Shown here one piece after another: positions 35,343 to 44,536 of a DNA stretch of 48,349 nucleotides. Where the stretch lies: contig CAZNFI010000002.1 in the NCBI GenBank assembly GCA_964572185.1, forward strand, positions 1 to 48,349, given 5' to 3'. The notes beneath the pieces are model-generated. The model made no database searches. It was not told the origin of the DNA and saw only the letters and a program-made list of their open reading frames with translations. The stretch is from an uncultured Pseudomonadales bacterium (lineage in GTDB: Bacteria; Pseudomonadota; Gammaproteobacteria; Pseudomonadales; Azotimanducaceae). Numbering within the stretch: position 1 is the stretch's first letter; each line of letters opens with the position of its first letter. Made by a program: the position numbers and the translations under genes.

Positions 35343-36641
35343 TCAGATCGCCAGGCAAACGTCGGTACCACCTCCTGACCTGGAGTCGATGCGAATGCTC
35401 CAGCCGTGGGTCTGGCAAAGCTGTTGCACGATGGCCAGGCCCAGGCCGCTGCCGCCGGTGGCGGCGCTGCGCGAACTGTCCAGCCGGAAGAACGGCTGAA
35501 ACACCGCTTCCCGGTGTTCCTGGGGAATGCCGGGACCGGAATCGAGCACATGTATCTCCCGCCCGTGTACCTCCACCCGCACGTCCCCGCCATGCTGGTG
35601 CGCATTGGTCAGCAGATTGGTCAGCACCCGGCGCAGCGCACCGGGCGCCACCCGCACAGGCTCCGACGGACAATCCCTGCACTCCAACGGCATTGGCGCA
35701 TCGTAGCCTGCAACCACCGACTCGACGAACGGCTGCAGGTCGATTTTCTGTTCCGCCTCGTGGGTGCCACTCGACAGCTTGAGCGCATCGGTGATCAACT
35801 CGTCCATCGATTCCAGATTGTGTTCGAAGCGCTCGATCAGTTCCCGGTCCACCTGCTCGGGCAGCAACTCCACTGCCAGGCGCATGCGGGTGAGCGGCGT
35901 CTTCAGGTCGTGGGAAATGCCGGCAAGCAGCGTCGTGCGGTTGGACAGCAGCGTCGATATCTCGCGCGCCATGGTATTGAAATTGCGGGCCAGCACCACC
36001 AGTTCCCTGGGCCCCTGTTCCGGTAACGGGTCGAAGTTCAGGCCGCCGCGAAAGGTCTCGGCGCGGTCGGCGGCCTGCACCAGGGGGCGGGTGATGCGCA
36101 GCACGATGAACAGCGATGTGAGGAACACCACGGCGGCGCCAAGCCCGGCGATGACAATGCCCACATAGGTGGTCTGAATGTCGCGCCGGTTGGGCGAGAA
36201 TCCGATCTGCAGTTCGTAGCCCGCCATCGGCAGGGTCGCCCAGACGAGGTCCTCGGACTGGGACATCGCCACCGCCGCGCCGAATCGCTGGTTGAGTTTC
36301 TCTTCCAGCAGCGACAGGAAGGGCGAAGCGCCGTATTCCACCGGCGCGTACTGCTCCGGCGCCTCGCTGATGATCAGGTCGTGGTTTTCGGCCAGTTCGA
36401 GTTCGAAGTAGCGTCGCGCCTCCGGCGGCAGCTCCACCCAGGTCTGGGCAGTCAGGACAAGCAGGGCGGCTTCGTCGTCGGCCGACTGCTCCGAGATGGG
36501 CTGCACCACGAACACCTGCAATGCCGCCACCGCAATGGCGACGATGATCAGCGAACTGACACCGAGCACCAGGTTGGTCCTCGCCAGCAGCGACGTGGCC
36601 TGCAGGCCGCGCCCGCCGAATCCGAAGCGTCCGTTGCCCAC
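35343..36641 (-). CDS. Sensor histidine kinase (EnvZ-like: TM-periplasmic-TM-HAMP-HisKA-HATPase)
   Basis: ORF 35343..36641. H-box LLAGISHDLKTPLTRMRL, N-box LTNLLTNAHQHGG, G-boxes VLDSGPGIP and GGSGLGLAIVQQL. Confidence 0.85.
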   Translation of the reverse strand: MGNGRFGFGGRGLQATSLLARTNLVLGVSSLIIVAIAVAALQVFVVQPISEQSADDEAALLVLTAQTWVELPPEARRYFELELAENHDLIISEAPEQYAPVEYGASPFLSLLEEKLNQRFGAAVAMSQSEDLVWATLPMAGYELQIGFSPNRRDIQTTYVGIVIAGLGAAVVFLTSLFIVLRITRPLVQAADRAETFRGGLNFDPLPEQGPRELVVLARNFNTMAREISTLLSNRTTLLAGISHDLKTPLTRMRLAVELLPEQVDRELIERFEHNLESMDELITDALKLSSGTHEAEQKIDLQPFVESVVAGYDAPMPLECRDCPSEPVRVAPGALRRVLTNLLTNAHQHGGDVRVEVHGREIHVLDSGPGIPQEHREAVFQPFFRLDSSRSAATGGSGLGLAIVQQLCQTHGWSIRIDSRSGGGTDVCLAI

Positions 36642-36650
36642 CGCGAACCG

Positions 36651-37355
36651 TCAACCGGCATTCGGGCAGAACATGTAACCCTTGCCCCAGATGGTCTTTA
36701 TGAACACCGGGTCTGCCGGGTCGGGCTCGATCTTGCCACGCAGCCTGGTGACCCGAACATCGATACTGCGATCGAAGGGCGAACGCTCGGCCCCGGTCAA
36801 CAGGTCGAGTATGCGATCGCGGTCGAGTACCCTGTTGGGGTGCTCGGTAAGCACGCAGAGCAGGTCGAATTCCCCGGAAGTCAGGGGCACCGGAACGCCG
36901 TCCCGAGTCAGCCGATAGGCTGCGGTATCGAGTTCGAAGGGCCCGAAACGGGTGTTGTCTTCCCGTGCCGAATCCTCGGGGCGGCTGATGCGCCGCAACA
37001 CGGCACGCACCCGGGCCAGCAGTTCTCGGGGATTGAATGGCTTGCCCAGATAGTCGTCGGCGCCGACCTCGAGCCCGACGATCCGGTCGACGTCCTCCCC
37101 CTGGGCGGAAACGATGATTATGGGAATGTCGCGCTCGCCTTTCAGGCGGCGGGCTATGGACAGGCCATGCTCGCCAGGCAGCATCAGGTCGAGCACGATC
37201 AGGTCGGGCTGCCGTTCGGCCAGGTAGTCGTCCATGGCGCTGCCGCCATCGACACAGTCGACTTCAAACCCTTGCCTGGAAAGATACGCCGTGGTGAGTT
37301 CCCGAATTTCCGGGTCGTCATCAACCACCAGCAGCCTGGCGCCTTCGGCTTCCAT
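36651..37355 (-). CDS. OmpR-family response regulator
   Basis: ORF 36651..37355. RLLVVDDDPEIRE...DLIVLDLMLPG (receiver domain) and a C-terminal winged helix ...VFIKTIWGKGYMF. Confidence 0.9.
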   Translation of the reverse strand: MEAEGARLLVVDDDPEIRELTTAYLSRQGFEVDCVDGGSAMDDYLAERQPDLIVLDLMLPGEHGLSIARRLKGERDIPIIIVSAQGEDVDRIVGLEVGADDYLGKPFNPRELLARVRAVLRRISRPEDSAREDNTRFGPFELDTAAYRLTRDGVPVPLTSGEFDLLCVLTEHPNRVLDRDRILDLLTGAERSPFDRSIDVRVTRLRGKIEPDPADPVFIKTIWGKGYMFCPNAG

Positions 37356-37468
37356 TTGCGGCTACCCAGAATCCCTGCGCAGCACCCATGTTGGCAGTTG
37401 GGCCCCACTTTGGGAAGACGGTGGGAAAACAGGCTGCATTCCCGAACGGGGGCGCATCGGCGACGCGA

Positions 37469-37933
37469 TTACTCCGGGTCGGCCACCCTGATAACCGGCT
37501 TTTCGGAATCGGGTATTTCCGGCGCCACTCCATCCTGCTGGCTGCGCTTTTCAAAGCCGACCCCAAAATCGCGGCCCGGCTGTGTGGAGCGCACCTCGAT
37601 TCTGAGCCGGGCGGTGGCCCCATTGCGGTGTCGCACCACCGTACCGAAGCGGCGCCGGACCTTGATCTGCAGGGCGTCTTCAGCACTGGTGCTGCGCTTC
37701 ATGCGCAGTTTCATTTCCGATAGCAGGGCTCGCCGCTGTTGCGGACCCAGACCGTCCCACCGGGCCGCGATCCGGGTGAGGTCCTCGTCACTGATCGCGG
37801 AGTAACTTACCGCTGCAGGCTGCACCGGCGACGCGGGCGTCTGCGCAGCCAGCGCGCCTGCCGCCAGGGGCAGCGCCAACGCACCAGCGATCAGCGCACG
37901 CAAGGCGGCCTGCCATTTCTTCGCCACAACCAT
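37469..37933 (-). CDS. Hypothetical small secreted protein, first gene of the two-component operon
   Basis: ORF 37469..38086 must start internally because it would otherwise overlap the thiolase 3' end. ATG 37933 gives MVVAKKWQAALRALIAGALALPLAAGALAAQ (signal peptide). Confidence 0.45.
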   Translation of the reverse strand: MVVAKKWQAALRALIAGALALPLAAGALAAQTPASPVQPAAVSYSAISDEDLTRIAARWDGLGPQQRRALLSEMKLRMKRSTSAEDALQIKVRRRFGTVVRHRNGATARLRIEVRSTQPGRDFGVGFEKRSQQDGVAPEIPDSEKPVIRVADPE

Positions 37934-38037
37934 TCTATGAGAGGTGTTCAATTGCCCTAGAGTAACCGCATATTGTCTGGCGAACCTGTTACGCTCCGAT
38001 TTCCGAGTGGTTTCAGGTTGTATCCCACGGCCACCAC

Positions 38038-39222
38038 TCAGGCCGCTTCGAACAGCCCCGCAGCGCCCTGGCCACCGCCGATACACATGGTGACGACCCC
38101 GTATTTCTTGTTGCGCCGCTTGAGTTCGCGCAGGATCAGGCCGGTCATGCGCGAACCGGTCATGCCGAACGGGTGACCAATGCTGATGCTGCCGCCGTTA
38201 ACGTTGTAAATCTCGTTGTCGAGGCCGAGCGCATCCCGGCAGTAGACGCACTGGGATGCGAACGCCTCGTTCAGTTCCCACAGATCGATATCGTCCTGTT
38301 CCAGGCCGGCGTTCTTCAGCATCCGCGGAATGGCGAACACCGGGCCTATGCCCATCTCGTCCGGCTCGCAGGCCGCCACCGAGAACCCGCGGTAGATGCC
38401 GATTGGCTGCACGCCGAGCTGGCCGGCGCGCTCGGCGCTCATCAGCAGTGTCATGGAAGCGCCATCGGAGAGCTGCGAGGCATTGCCCGCGGTTACCGTG
38501 CCGTCCTCCTCGAAAGCCGGCGGCAGCGAGGCCAGCCCGTCCAGGGTGGTGGTGGGCCGATTGCACTCATCGCGCCCGACGACCACATCCGCGCGGCTCT
38601 GCTCGCCGGTCTGTTTGTCCACCTTGAGCATGGTGGCGTTCATGGGAACGATCTCTTCGCCGACCCAGCCGGCCTGCTGCGCCCGGGCATAGCGCTGCTG
38701 GCTTTGCAGTGCATATTCGTCCTGCGCTTCCCGGGTCACCTGGTAGCGGCGCGCGACCACCTCCGCGGTATTGCCCATGGCCATGAAAATGTCCGGCTTT
38801 TCTTCGACAAGGATCGGGTTGAGGTCTGCCTTGCCAGCCTCCTGGCGATTGCGCATGGAGATGGAGTCGACGCCGCCGGCCATGGCCACCTGGGTCTGTC
38901 CGGAGGCGATCTGGTTGGCCGCGAAGGCAATCGACTGCAGCCCGGAGGAGCAGAAACGATTGATGGTGACACCGGCACTGGTAATGGGCAGGTTTGACAA
39001 CACCACCGCCAGCCGCGCCAGGTTGCCGTCCTGTTCGCCGACATGGTTAGCGGCCCCCACCACCACGTCTTCGACTTCGTCCGGGGATACCGCCGGGTTG
39101 CGCTCGAGCAGCGCATCGATGCAATGCGCCACCATGTCGTCCGACCGGGTTAGATTGAAACTTCCTCGAAACGACTTCGCCAAGCCGGTTCGAACGCTGT
39201 CCACTACGACCACGTCTCGCAT
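38038..39222 (-). CDS. Acetyl-CoA C-acyltransferase / thiolase
   Basis: ORF 38038..39222. [13 protein letters not shown] (active-site Cys), [33 protein letters not shown]. Confidence 0.9.
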   Translation of the reverse strand: MRDVVVVDSVRTGLAKSFRGSFNLTRSDDMVAHCIDALLERNPAVSPDEVEDVVVGAANHVGEQDGNLARLAVVLSNLPITSAGVTINRFCSSGLQSIAFAANQIASGQTQVAMAGGVDSISMRNRQEAGKADLNPILVEEKPDIFMAMGNTAEVVARRYQVTREAQDEYALQSQQRYARAQQAGWVGEEIVPMNATMLKVDKQTGEQSRADVVVGRDECNRPTTTLDGLASLPPAFEEDGTVTAGNASQLSDGASMTLLMSAERAGQLGVQPIGIYRGFSVAACEPDEMGIGPVFAIPRMLKNAGLEQDDIDLWELNEAFASQCVYCRDALGLDNEIYNVNGGSISIGHPFGMTGSRMTGLILRELKRRNKKYGVVTMCIGGGQGAAGLFEAA

Positions 39223-39358
39223 GAATTGTGCCTCTCAAGTGCCTGGGCCAACGCCCTGAAATTCGATTGACCCTGTTGCCCGGGGCTAATCGGCCCATGC
39301 TATCAGAAATCGCCATGGCGTACTCAGCCCGAGCCCCCAGCGGCCGGGCACCCGGGAA

Positions 39359-39419
39359 GCGCGGATTCGACCTTTCGCGGGGCCCGGAGCCGGGGTCGAA
39401 AGGCCCGCGAATCCGGCGC
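39359..39419. repeat. Imperfect ~60-nt palindrome in the thiolase/hydrolase divergent intergenic region
   Basis: GCGCGGATTCG-A-CCTTTCG...CGAAAGG-CCCG-CGAATCCGGCGC. Outer 8-11 bp and inner 7 bp arms are complementary. Confidence 0.6.
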
Positions 39420-39499
39420 AACAGCCTGCCGCTCGACTGGCGATGGGCATGCCCAGTAACATTTCAGGCTACAGGCGCGCCTGACCCGAAGGAAAAAGA

Positions 39500-40375
39500 A
39501 TGCCCGTGCATGGCCCGACATCGAACATCTACTACTCGCAACGGCTGCGGCTGCACTACGTGGACTGGGGCAACGAGCAGGCACCACCCATGCTGCTGGT
39601 GCACGGCGGTCGCGACCACTGCCGCAACTGGGACTGGGTGGCCGAGGCATTCCGCGACGACTACCACATCATCGCCCCGGACCTGCGCGGACACGGCGAC
39701 TCCCAGTGGCAGTTCGGCGGCAGTTACGAACTGGTCGACTACGTCTACGACATTGCGCAACTGTTGCACCAGCGCAACCATACGCCGGTAACCATCATCG
39801 CCCACTCCCTGGGCGGCTCCGTGGCCCTGATGTACAGCGGCCTGTACCCCGACACGGTGGCCAAACTGGTTTCCATCGAGGGCATGGGGCCGCCGCCCGA
39901 GCTGATCGAAGAGCGCTTCAACAGCCCCATCGAGAAGCGGCTCGACGCCTGGGTGAAAGACCTGCGCCAGATTTCAGGCCGCATTCCCAGGCGCTACCGT
40001 TCCCTGGAAGACGCTTACGAACGCATGCAGACCGAAAACCCCCATCTCACCGAGGCCCAGGCCCGGCACCTGACCATACACGGCAGTACCCAGAACGAAG
40101 ACGGCACCTATAGCTGGAAGTTCGACAACTATGTGCGGTCGATGGCGCCGGTGCACATGCCCCAGGAGGACCAGCTGGCGCTGTACGCGCGCATCAACTG
40201 CCCGACCCTGCTGTTTCGCGGTACCGAGAGCTGGGCATCGGACCCGGCGACCGATGGCCGCGTCAAGCGCTTTCAGGATGCCCGGGTCGCCAATGTGGAA
40301 AACGCCGGCCATTGGGTGCACCACGATCAGCTCGAGCAATTCGTTGCCATTACCCGCGCCTTTCTGGACGAGTGA
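39500..40375 (+). CDS. Alpha/beta-fold hydrolase
   Basis: ORF 39500..40375. AAGGAAAAAG RBS. LLVHGGRDHCRNWDW, nucleophile elbow IIAHSLGGSVA, C-terminal NAGHWVHHDQ. Confidence 0.8.
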   Translation: MPVHGPTSNIYYSQRLRLHYVDWGNEQAPPMLLVHGGRDHCRNWDWVAEAFRDDYHIIAPDLRGHGDSQWQFGGSYELVDYVYDIAQLLHQRNHTPVTIIAHSLGGSVALMYSGLYPDTVAKLVSIEGMGPPPELIEERFNSPIEKRLDAWVKDLRQISGRIPRRYRSLEDAYERMQTENPHLTEAQARHLTIHGSTQNEDGTYSWKFDNYVRSMAPVHMPQEDQLALYARINCPTLLFRGTESWASDPATDGRVKRFQDARVANVENAGHWVHHDQLEQFVAITRAFLDE

Positions 40376-40433
40376 TGGGTTTCTGTCCAGCTCATGCGGG
40401 GGGCTGTTCGCAACCTCTGCAGGCGCCTGACCG

Positions 40434-41507
40434 ATGAGCGACCGGGCACGCCAGTTGCACGACAGCCCCTGGCAGGGCGTGCTGCACATTACCGGCGGTG
40501 GCGCCGGCCTGCTTGCCGAGTTGCTCGGCACCCCAGGGGCATCGCGCACGGTGCTCGACGCCAGGGTTCCCTATTCCACGGCAAGCCTCGCCGAGCTGCT
40601 GGGCGAAGCGCCGCGCCAGGCGTGCAGCGCCGACACCGCCCGGGCGCTGGCCATGGCCGCCTTTCAGCGAGCCCGGCAATTGCAGGCCTCGCGCGCCTTC
40701 GGGTTCGCCCTCACCGCCAGCCTGGCGACCGATCGCGTCAAGCGGGGAGACTGTCGCGCGCACATCGCCGTGCAGACGGCGACGCATACCTTTCATGCCG
40801 AGTTCAGCGCCTTCTCCGACGGCGACGACCGCGACGTCCAGGAACGGGAGTTGACCGATGCTGCGTGGCGCGCGCTGCTGGCCGCCTGTGGGCTGAGCCA
40901 CGCCGACGTCGGCGGCACGCATCGCGTAGCGGCAGCACCCGAATGGCGGGCACTGGTCGAAGGCCGATGCGACCAGGTGGCAATAGGTGAGCATGACGGA
41001 GTGCTGCTGTTTCCGGGATCCTTCAACCCGCTGCACGACGCGCACCGCCGCATGATGGCCCATGCCGAGTCCCGGCTGGGGCGGCCGGGGGCCTTCGAAC
41101 TGTCCATCGCCAATCCCGACAAGCCGCTCCTGAATTACCACGACATCGACAGGCGCCTTGCACAGTTCGAACACCCGGTGTGGCTGACGCGCCTGCCCAG
41201 ATTCACCGACAAGGCCCGGTGTTTCCCCGGCGCCTGTTTCGTGGTCGGCACCGACACCCTGGTACGCATCGCCCACCCGCGCTACTACGGCGATGTCCGG
41301 GAGCGGGATCGGCAGCTCCGGCAAATGCTCGAACGGGACGTGACATTCCTGGTGTTCGGGCGCCTTTACGGTGGCGCCTTCCAGGCGTTGAACAATCAGC
41401 AGCTGCCCTCGTTCCTGCTCGATGCCTGCACCGGCATCGACGAGGCCGAATTTCGCATGGACGTCTCTTCGACCGAGATCAGGAACGCCCGGCAACCCGC
41501 TCACTGA
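40434..41507 (+). CDS. Fusion protein: CinA-C/PncC-like domain plus NadD-like nucleotidyltransferase domain
   Basis: ORF 40434..41507. N-terminal half: ITGGGAGLLAELLGTPGASRTVLDARVPYSTASLAELLG...DDRDVQERE resembles the CinA C-terminal (NMN deamidase) fold. C-terminal half: LFPGSFNPLHDAHRRM (HxGH-like) and VSSTEIRNA (ISSTxxR-like) resemble the NaMN/NMN adenylyltransferase motifs. Confidence 0.55.
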   Translation: MSDRARQLHDSPWQGVLHITGGGAGLLAELLGTPGASRTVLDARVPYSTASLAELLGEAPRQACSADTARALAMAAFQRARQLQASRAFGFALTASLATDRVKRGDCRAHIAVQTATHTFHAEFSAFSDGDDRDVQERELTDAAWRALLAACGLSHADVGGTHRVAAAPEWRALVEGRCDQVAIGEHDGVLLFPGSFNPLHDAHRRMMAHAESRLGRPGAFELSIANPDKPLLNYHDIDRRLAQFEHPVWLTRLPRFTDKARCFPGACFVVGTDTLVRIAHPRYYGDVRERDRQLRQMLERDVTFLVFGRLYGGAFQALNNQQLPSFLLDACTGIDEAEFRMDVSSTEIRNARQPAH

Positions 41508-41529
41508 AAGGCGCCCGCGGCGCGCCCCG

Positions 41530-42948
41530 TCAAGGCTTGGCGAAACCCGGGTTTTCGGCAGGCACCACCGTCTTCCACCGGCCGCGCCGGAAACGCAGCA
41601 CCAGCATCGCGCCTTTCACCACGTAGTCGCCGATGAGCGCCGAGTAAACCCAGACCACCGGCCAATCCATCCAGGTGAAAACCGCCGCCAGGCCGCAGCG
41701 CACCGCTATCAGGCCGAAGAAGGTTGCAATGAGCGGAAAGCGGGTATCGCCGGCGCCTCGCAGCGCCCCGCCGATGGCGAACTCGATGGCCATCAGCGGC
41801 ATCATGGCGCCCATTACGTAGATGAACTGCACGGTGTATTCGACCGTTAGCGGCTCATCGCCCAGAAACAGGTTCGACAACTCGGGCGCGAACAGCATTA
41901 CCGGCAGCGCCAACCCAGCCATGAACAGCATGGCCAGACCGCCGGCCCGCCAGCCGGCACGCTCGGCTCCGGCATGATCGCCGGCGCCGAGGTGTTGGCC
42001 GACCAGGGTGGAGCCGGCGATGGAGAACCCGAAGCCCACCATGAAACAGACCATCAGCATGTTGGCACCGATGTTGTAGGCGGCAAACGCCTCGGTACCG
42101 TAGAAATTGCCGATCATAATCATGAAAATGAAGAAACCCACCTGGAATACCGCCTGTTCCACGGCCGCCGGATAGCCGATGTTCAGCAGCCGCCGCAGGC
42201 GCTTGCGTTGCCACCAACCACGGCTTACATGACGAATCCTGAACTTCTGCAGCAGCCAGAGACCCAGCAGCAGCATGCCGCCGACGGAAAAGGACACCCC
42301 GGCCGCTGCCGCCGCTCCGGCGACGCCGAGTTTCGGGAAACCGTAGAGCCCGAACACGAACAGGTAGAGGAGCGGAACATTCAGCAGGTTGACCGCGGAA
42401 CCGATCCAAAGCGGCGACCAGGCATCCCCCGATGCGCGCAGCGCCGCACTCAGGATGAAGGTCACCGCAAAAGACAGGTTGAACCAGCTCAGCATGCGGA
42501 TGTTCTCGGCGGCCAGGTCCAGCGTTTCCGGGTCCAGGCCGAACATGGAAGCCACCGGGTGCGCATAGACGACGCCCACGCCCATCACAGCCAGCCCAAA
42601 CATCCCCGCCAGCGCCAGCGACGCCATCGTGACGCGGCTCGCTTCCTGGTAATCCCCGGCGCCCCAGGCGCGCGCCACCAGCGCCGTGGTGCCGGCGCTG
42701 ACTGCCATGAGGATCGCCTGCATGGCGAAGAACACGCGCTGCCCGGCGCCCACCGCCGCCAGCGCGCCCGCCCCGAGCTCGCCCACGACCTTGGTCTGCA
42801 CCAGGGCGACAACCGAGTAGGAGAGGTTGCCGAGAATCGACGGAAACGCCAGTTGCCAGATGCCCGGACCGACGTACTCCCGGGTGTCCGGGCGCGGGCT
42901 CACGGAGCGGTCGCCCTTCGAGCCGTTCGGTTTATTCGATTCATCCAT
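41530..42948 (-). CDS. MATE family efflux transporter
   Basis: ORF 41530..42948. About 12 TM segments. Typical MATE N-terminus ...IWQLAFPSILGNLSYSVVALVQTKVVGELG. Confidence 0.8.
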   Translation of the reverse strand: MDESNKPNGSKGDRSVSPRPDTREYVGPGIWQLAFPSILGNLSYSVVALVQTKVVGELGAGALAAVGAGQRVFFAMQAILMAVSAGTTALVARAWGAGDYQEASRVTMASLALAGMFGLAVMGVGVVYAHPVASMFGLDPETLDLAAENIRMLSWFNLSFAVTFILSAALRASGDAWSPLWIGSAVNLLNVPLLYLFVFGLYGFPKLGVAGAAAAAGVSFSVGGMLLLGLWLLQKFRIRHVSRGWWQRKRLRRLLNIGYPAAVEQAVFQVGFFIFMIMIGNFYGTEAFAAYNIGANMLMVCFMVGFGFSIAGSTLVGQHLGAGDHAGAERAGWRAGGLAMLFMAGLALPVMLFAPELSNLFLGDEPLTVEYTVQFIYVMGAMMPLMAIEFAIGGALRGAGDTRFPLIATFFGLIAVRCGLAAVFTWMDWPVVWVYSALIGDYVVKGAMLVLRFRRGRWKTVVPAENPGFAKP

Positions 42949-43070
42949 GCTGGCACGCCACCTCTGACCGATAGGCTAACATTCCCGACACGCTCGCCAA
43001 GGCGAGGCCTTCGCCGGCGCCCGCCGGGACAGGGCCGGTGCGGGGATTGGCATGGGAGAAACGGGCTCGG

Positions 43071-44447
43071 TCAGGGCAGCAGATCGGAGACTTCGGCCAA
43101 ATCCCCAACGGTATCGAGATGCAGCAACGCATCGACCAGCTTGTCGACCCGCGGCGCCGGAATGTTGCGCCTGGCGTATTGCAGGCAGTCCCTGAATTTC
43201 TCGATGACGTCTTCGTCCGACATCGGGTTTGCCGGGTGCCCGTAGACGTTGTCCACCCGGCCGGAGAGAGCGCGCCCGTCGGTCGTCTGCAACTCGACGA
43301 TGGCCGGTGAGATCTCGGCGGCGGGGCCGAGTTGGTCGCTGACGCGATAGTGCACCCGTCTGACGACCGACAACACATCGGGCCTGTGCAGGTTTTCGGG
43401 CAGGAAGTCGGCGATCTGGGGCGTTTTGACAACGCCCGCGGCGACTGTGAAGAAGAGCGAGAATTTTGCCTGGATGCTGAGGCTCGGCGCCCGCTTGTCG
43501 GCCTCGGGTTCGCAGAACAGGTCACGCGTTCCCGGTGAGACGACCAGGGTAATGCGCCCGATGTCCGCCGGGGCAAGGCTGTTGTCGACAAGAATCCCGC
43601 GAGTTGCCTCCATATAGCCGTGCGTCAGGCGGCAGCAGGGCCACGGCTTGAGGCTGACGCCGGCATGGCGGTACTCCTCACCGAGCCCTGAGAGCAACCG
43701 ATCGGCATCGAACCGGTTGTCGTAATAACTGTCGAAAAACAGTTCGATGCCGTTGCGACAGGCCTTTACATCGCGCGCGGCCATGAGCGCGCAGAGCACG
43801 CCTTCCTTGTTGATGAATCCATCCCGGATGGCGCGCAACTCCGATTCCGGCGCGGCCACCGCATCGAGCTGGCCGTGACAGCGGTGCAATGCCAGCCCGA
43901 GCGCATTGATCATCTGGCTTTCGCTCAGGCGCAGCAGCTTGCCGGCAGCCGCGGTCGCGGAGAAAACCCCGAAATTGCTGATCGGAAACCAGCGGTGGTC
44001 CACGCCGAGCCGACCGGTCGGGGCGGCGGACAGGCGCGCGCCAAGGTCGCTGCCGAGGGCAATGGCGGCGATCAACTCCCTGCCGCTGACGTTTCCCAGG
44101 CGCTGCGCGACGGCCAGCGCCGCCGGCACGGTCTGTGACGACGGGTGATGGCCCAGGTCATCTATGGTGTCGTCATAGTCCAGCACATGGACGAAGCAGC
44201 CGTTAAGGTAGGCGGCCATGACCGCCGACCCCTTTCTACCGAGCCCGATCAGTGTCGAACGCCCCGGGCCGCTCTCTTCAACGACCAGTTCCGCCAGCCG
44301 CTCACAGGTCTGATCCAGGCTCGAGGGCGGCACCATGACGCCCAGCGTATCGAGAATGCTGAGCCTGGTTTTTTCCCGCACGGCAGCCGGGATGTCGTCG
44401 TAGTCGGTCTGCGCAACGTGCCGTGCAATGGTTTCGGTCAGTTGCAT
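43071..44447 (-). CDS. MmgE/PrpD family protein (2-methylcitrate dehydratase-like)
   Basis: ORF 43071..44552. AAGGAG RBS before ATG 44447. MQLTETIARHVAQTDYDDIPAAVREKTRLSILDTLGVM..., HPSSQTVPAALAVAQ. Confidence 0.8.
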   Translation of the reverse strand: MQLTETIARHVAQTDYDDIPAAVREKTRLSILDTLGVMVPPSSLDQTCERLAELVVEESGPGRSTLIGLGRKGSAVMAAYLNGCFVHVLDYDDTIDDLGHHPSSQTVPAALAVAQRLGNVSGRELIAAIALGSDLGARLSAAPTGRLGVDHRWFPISNFGVFSATAAAGKLLRLSESQMINALGLALHRCHGQLDAVAAPESELRAIRDGFINKEGVLCALMAARDVKACRNGIELFFDSYYDNRFDADRLLSGLGEEYRHAGVSLKPWPCCRLTHGYMEATRGILVDNSLAPADIGRITLVVSPGTRDLFCEPEADKRAPSLSIQAKFSLFFTVAAGVVKTPQIADFLPENLHRPDVLSVVRRVHYRVSDQLGPAAEISPAIVELQTTDGRALSGRVDNVYGHPANPMSDEDVIEKFRDCLQYARRNIPAPRVDKLVDALLHLDTVGDLAEVSDLLP

Positions 44448-44536
44448 CGAGCGCTCCTTTTGCACGACGCCGGTGGATTCATGGCAGGTGCCCGGCAAAC
44501 CGGCGATCGGCGACCCGGCGTTGAGCGAGCGCGAGT

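Noticed and set aside
35148-35378. 76-aa plus-strand ORF (MGKQLLGPLHSS...) in the spacer after the histidine kinase.
   Set aside because: No convincing RBS. It overlaps the kinase 3' end antisense, and its composition is not protein-like. It cannot be excluded without expression data.
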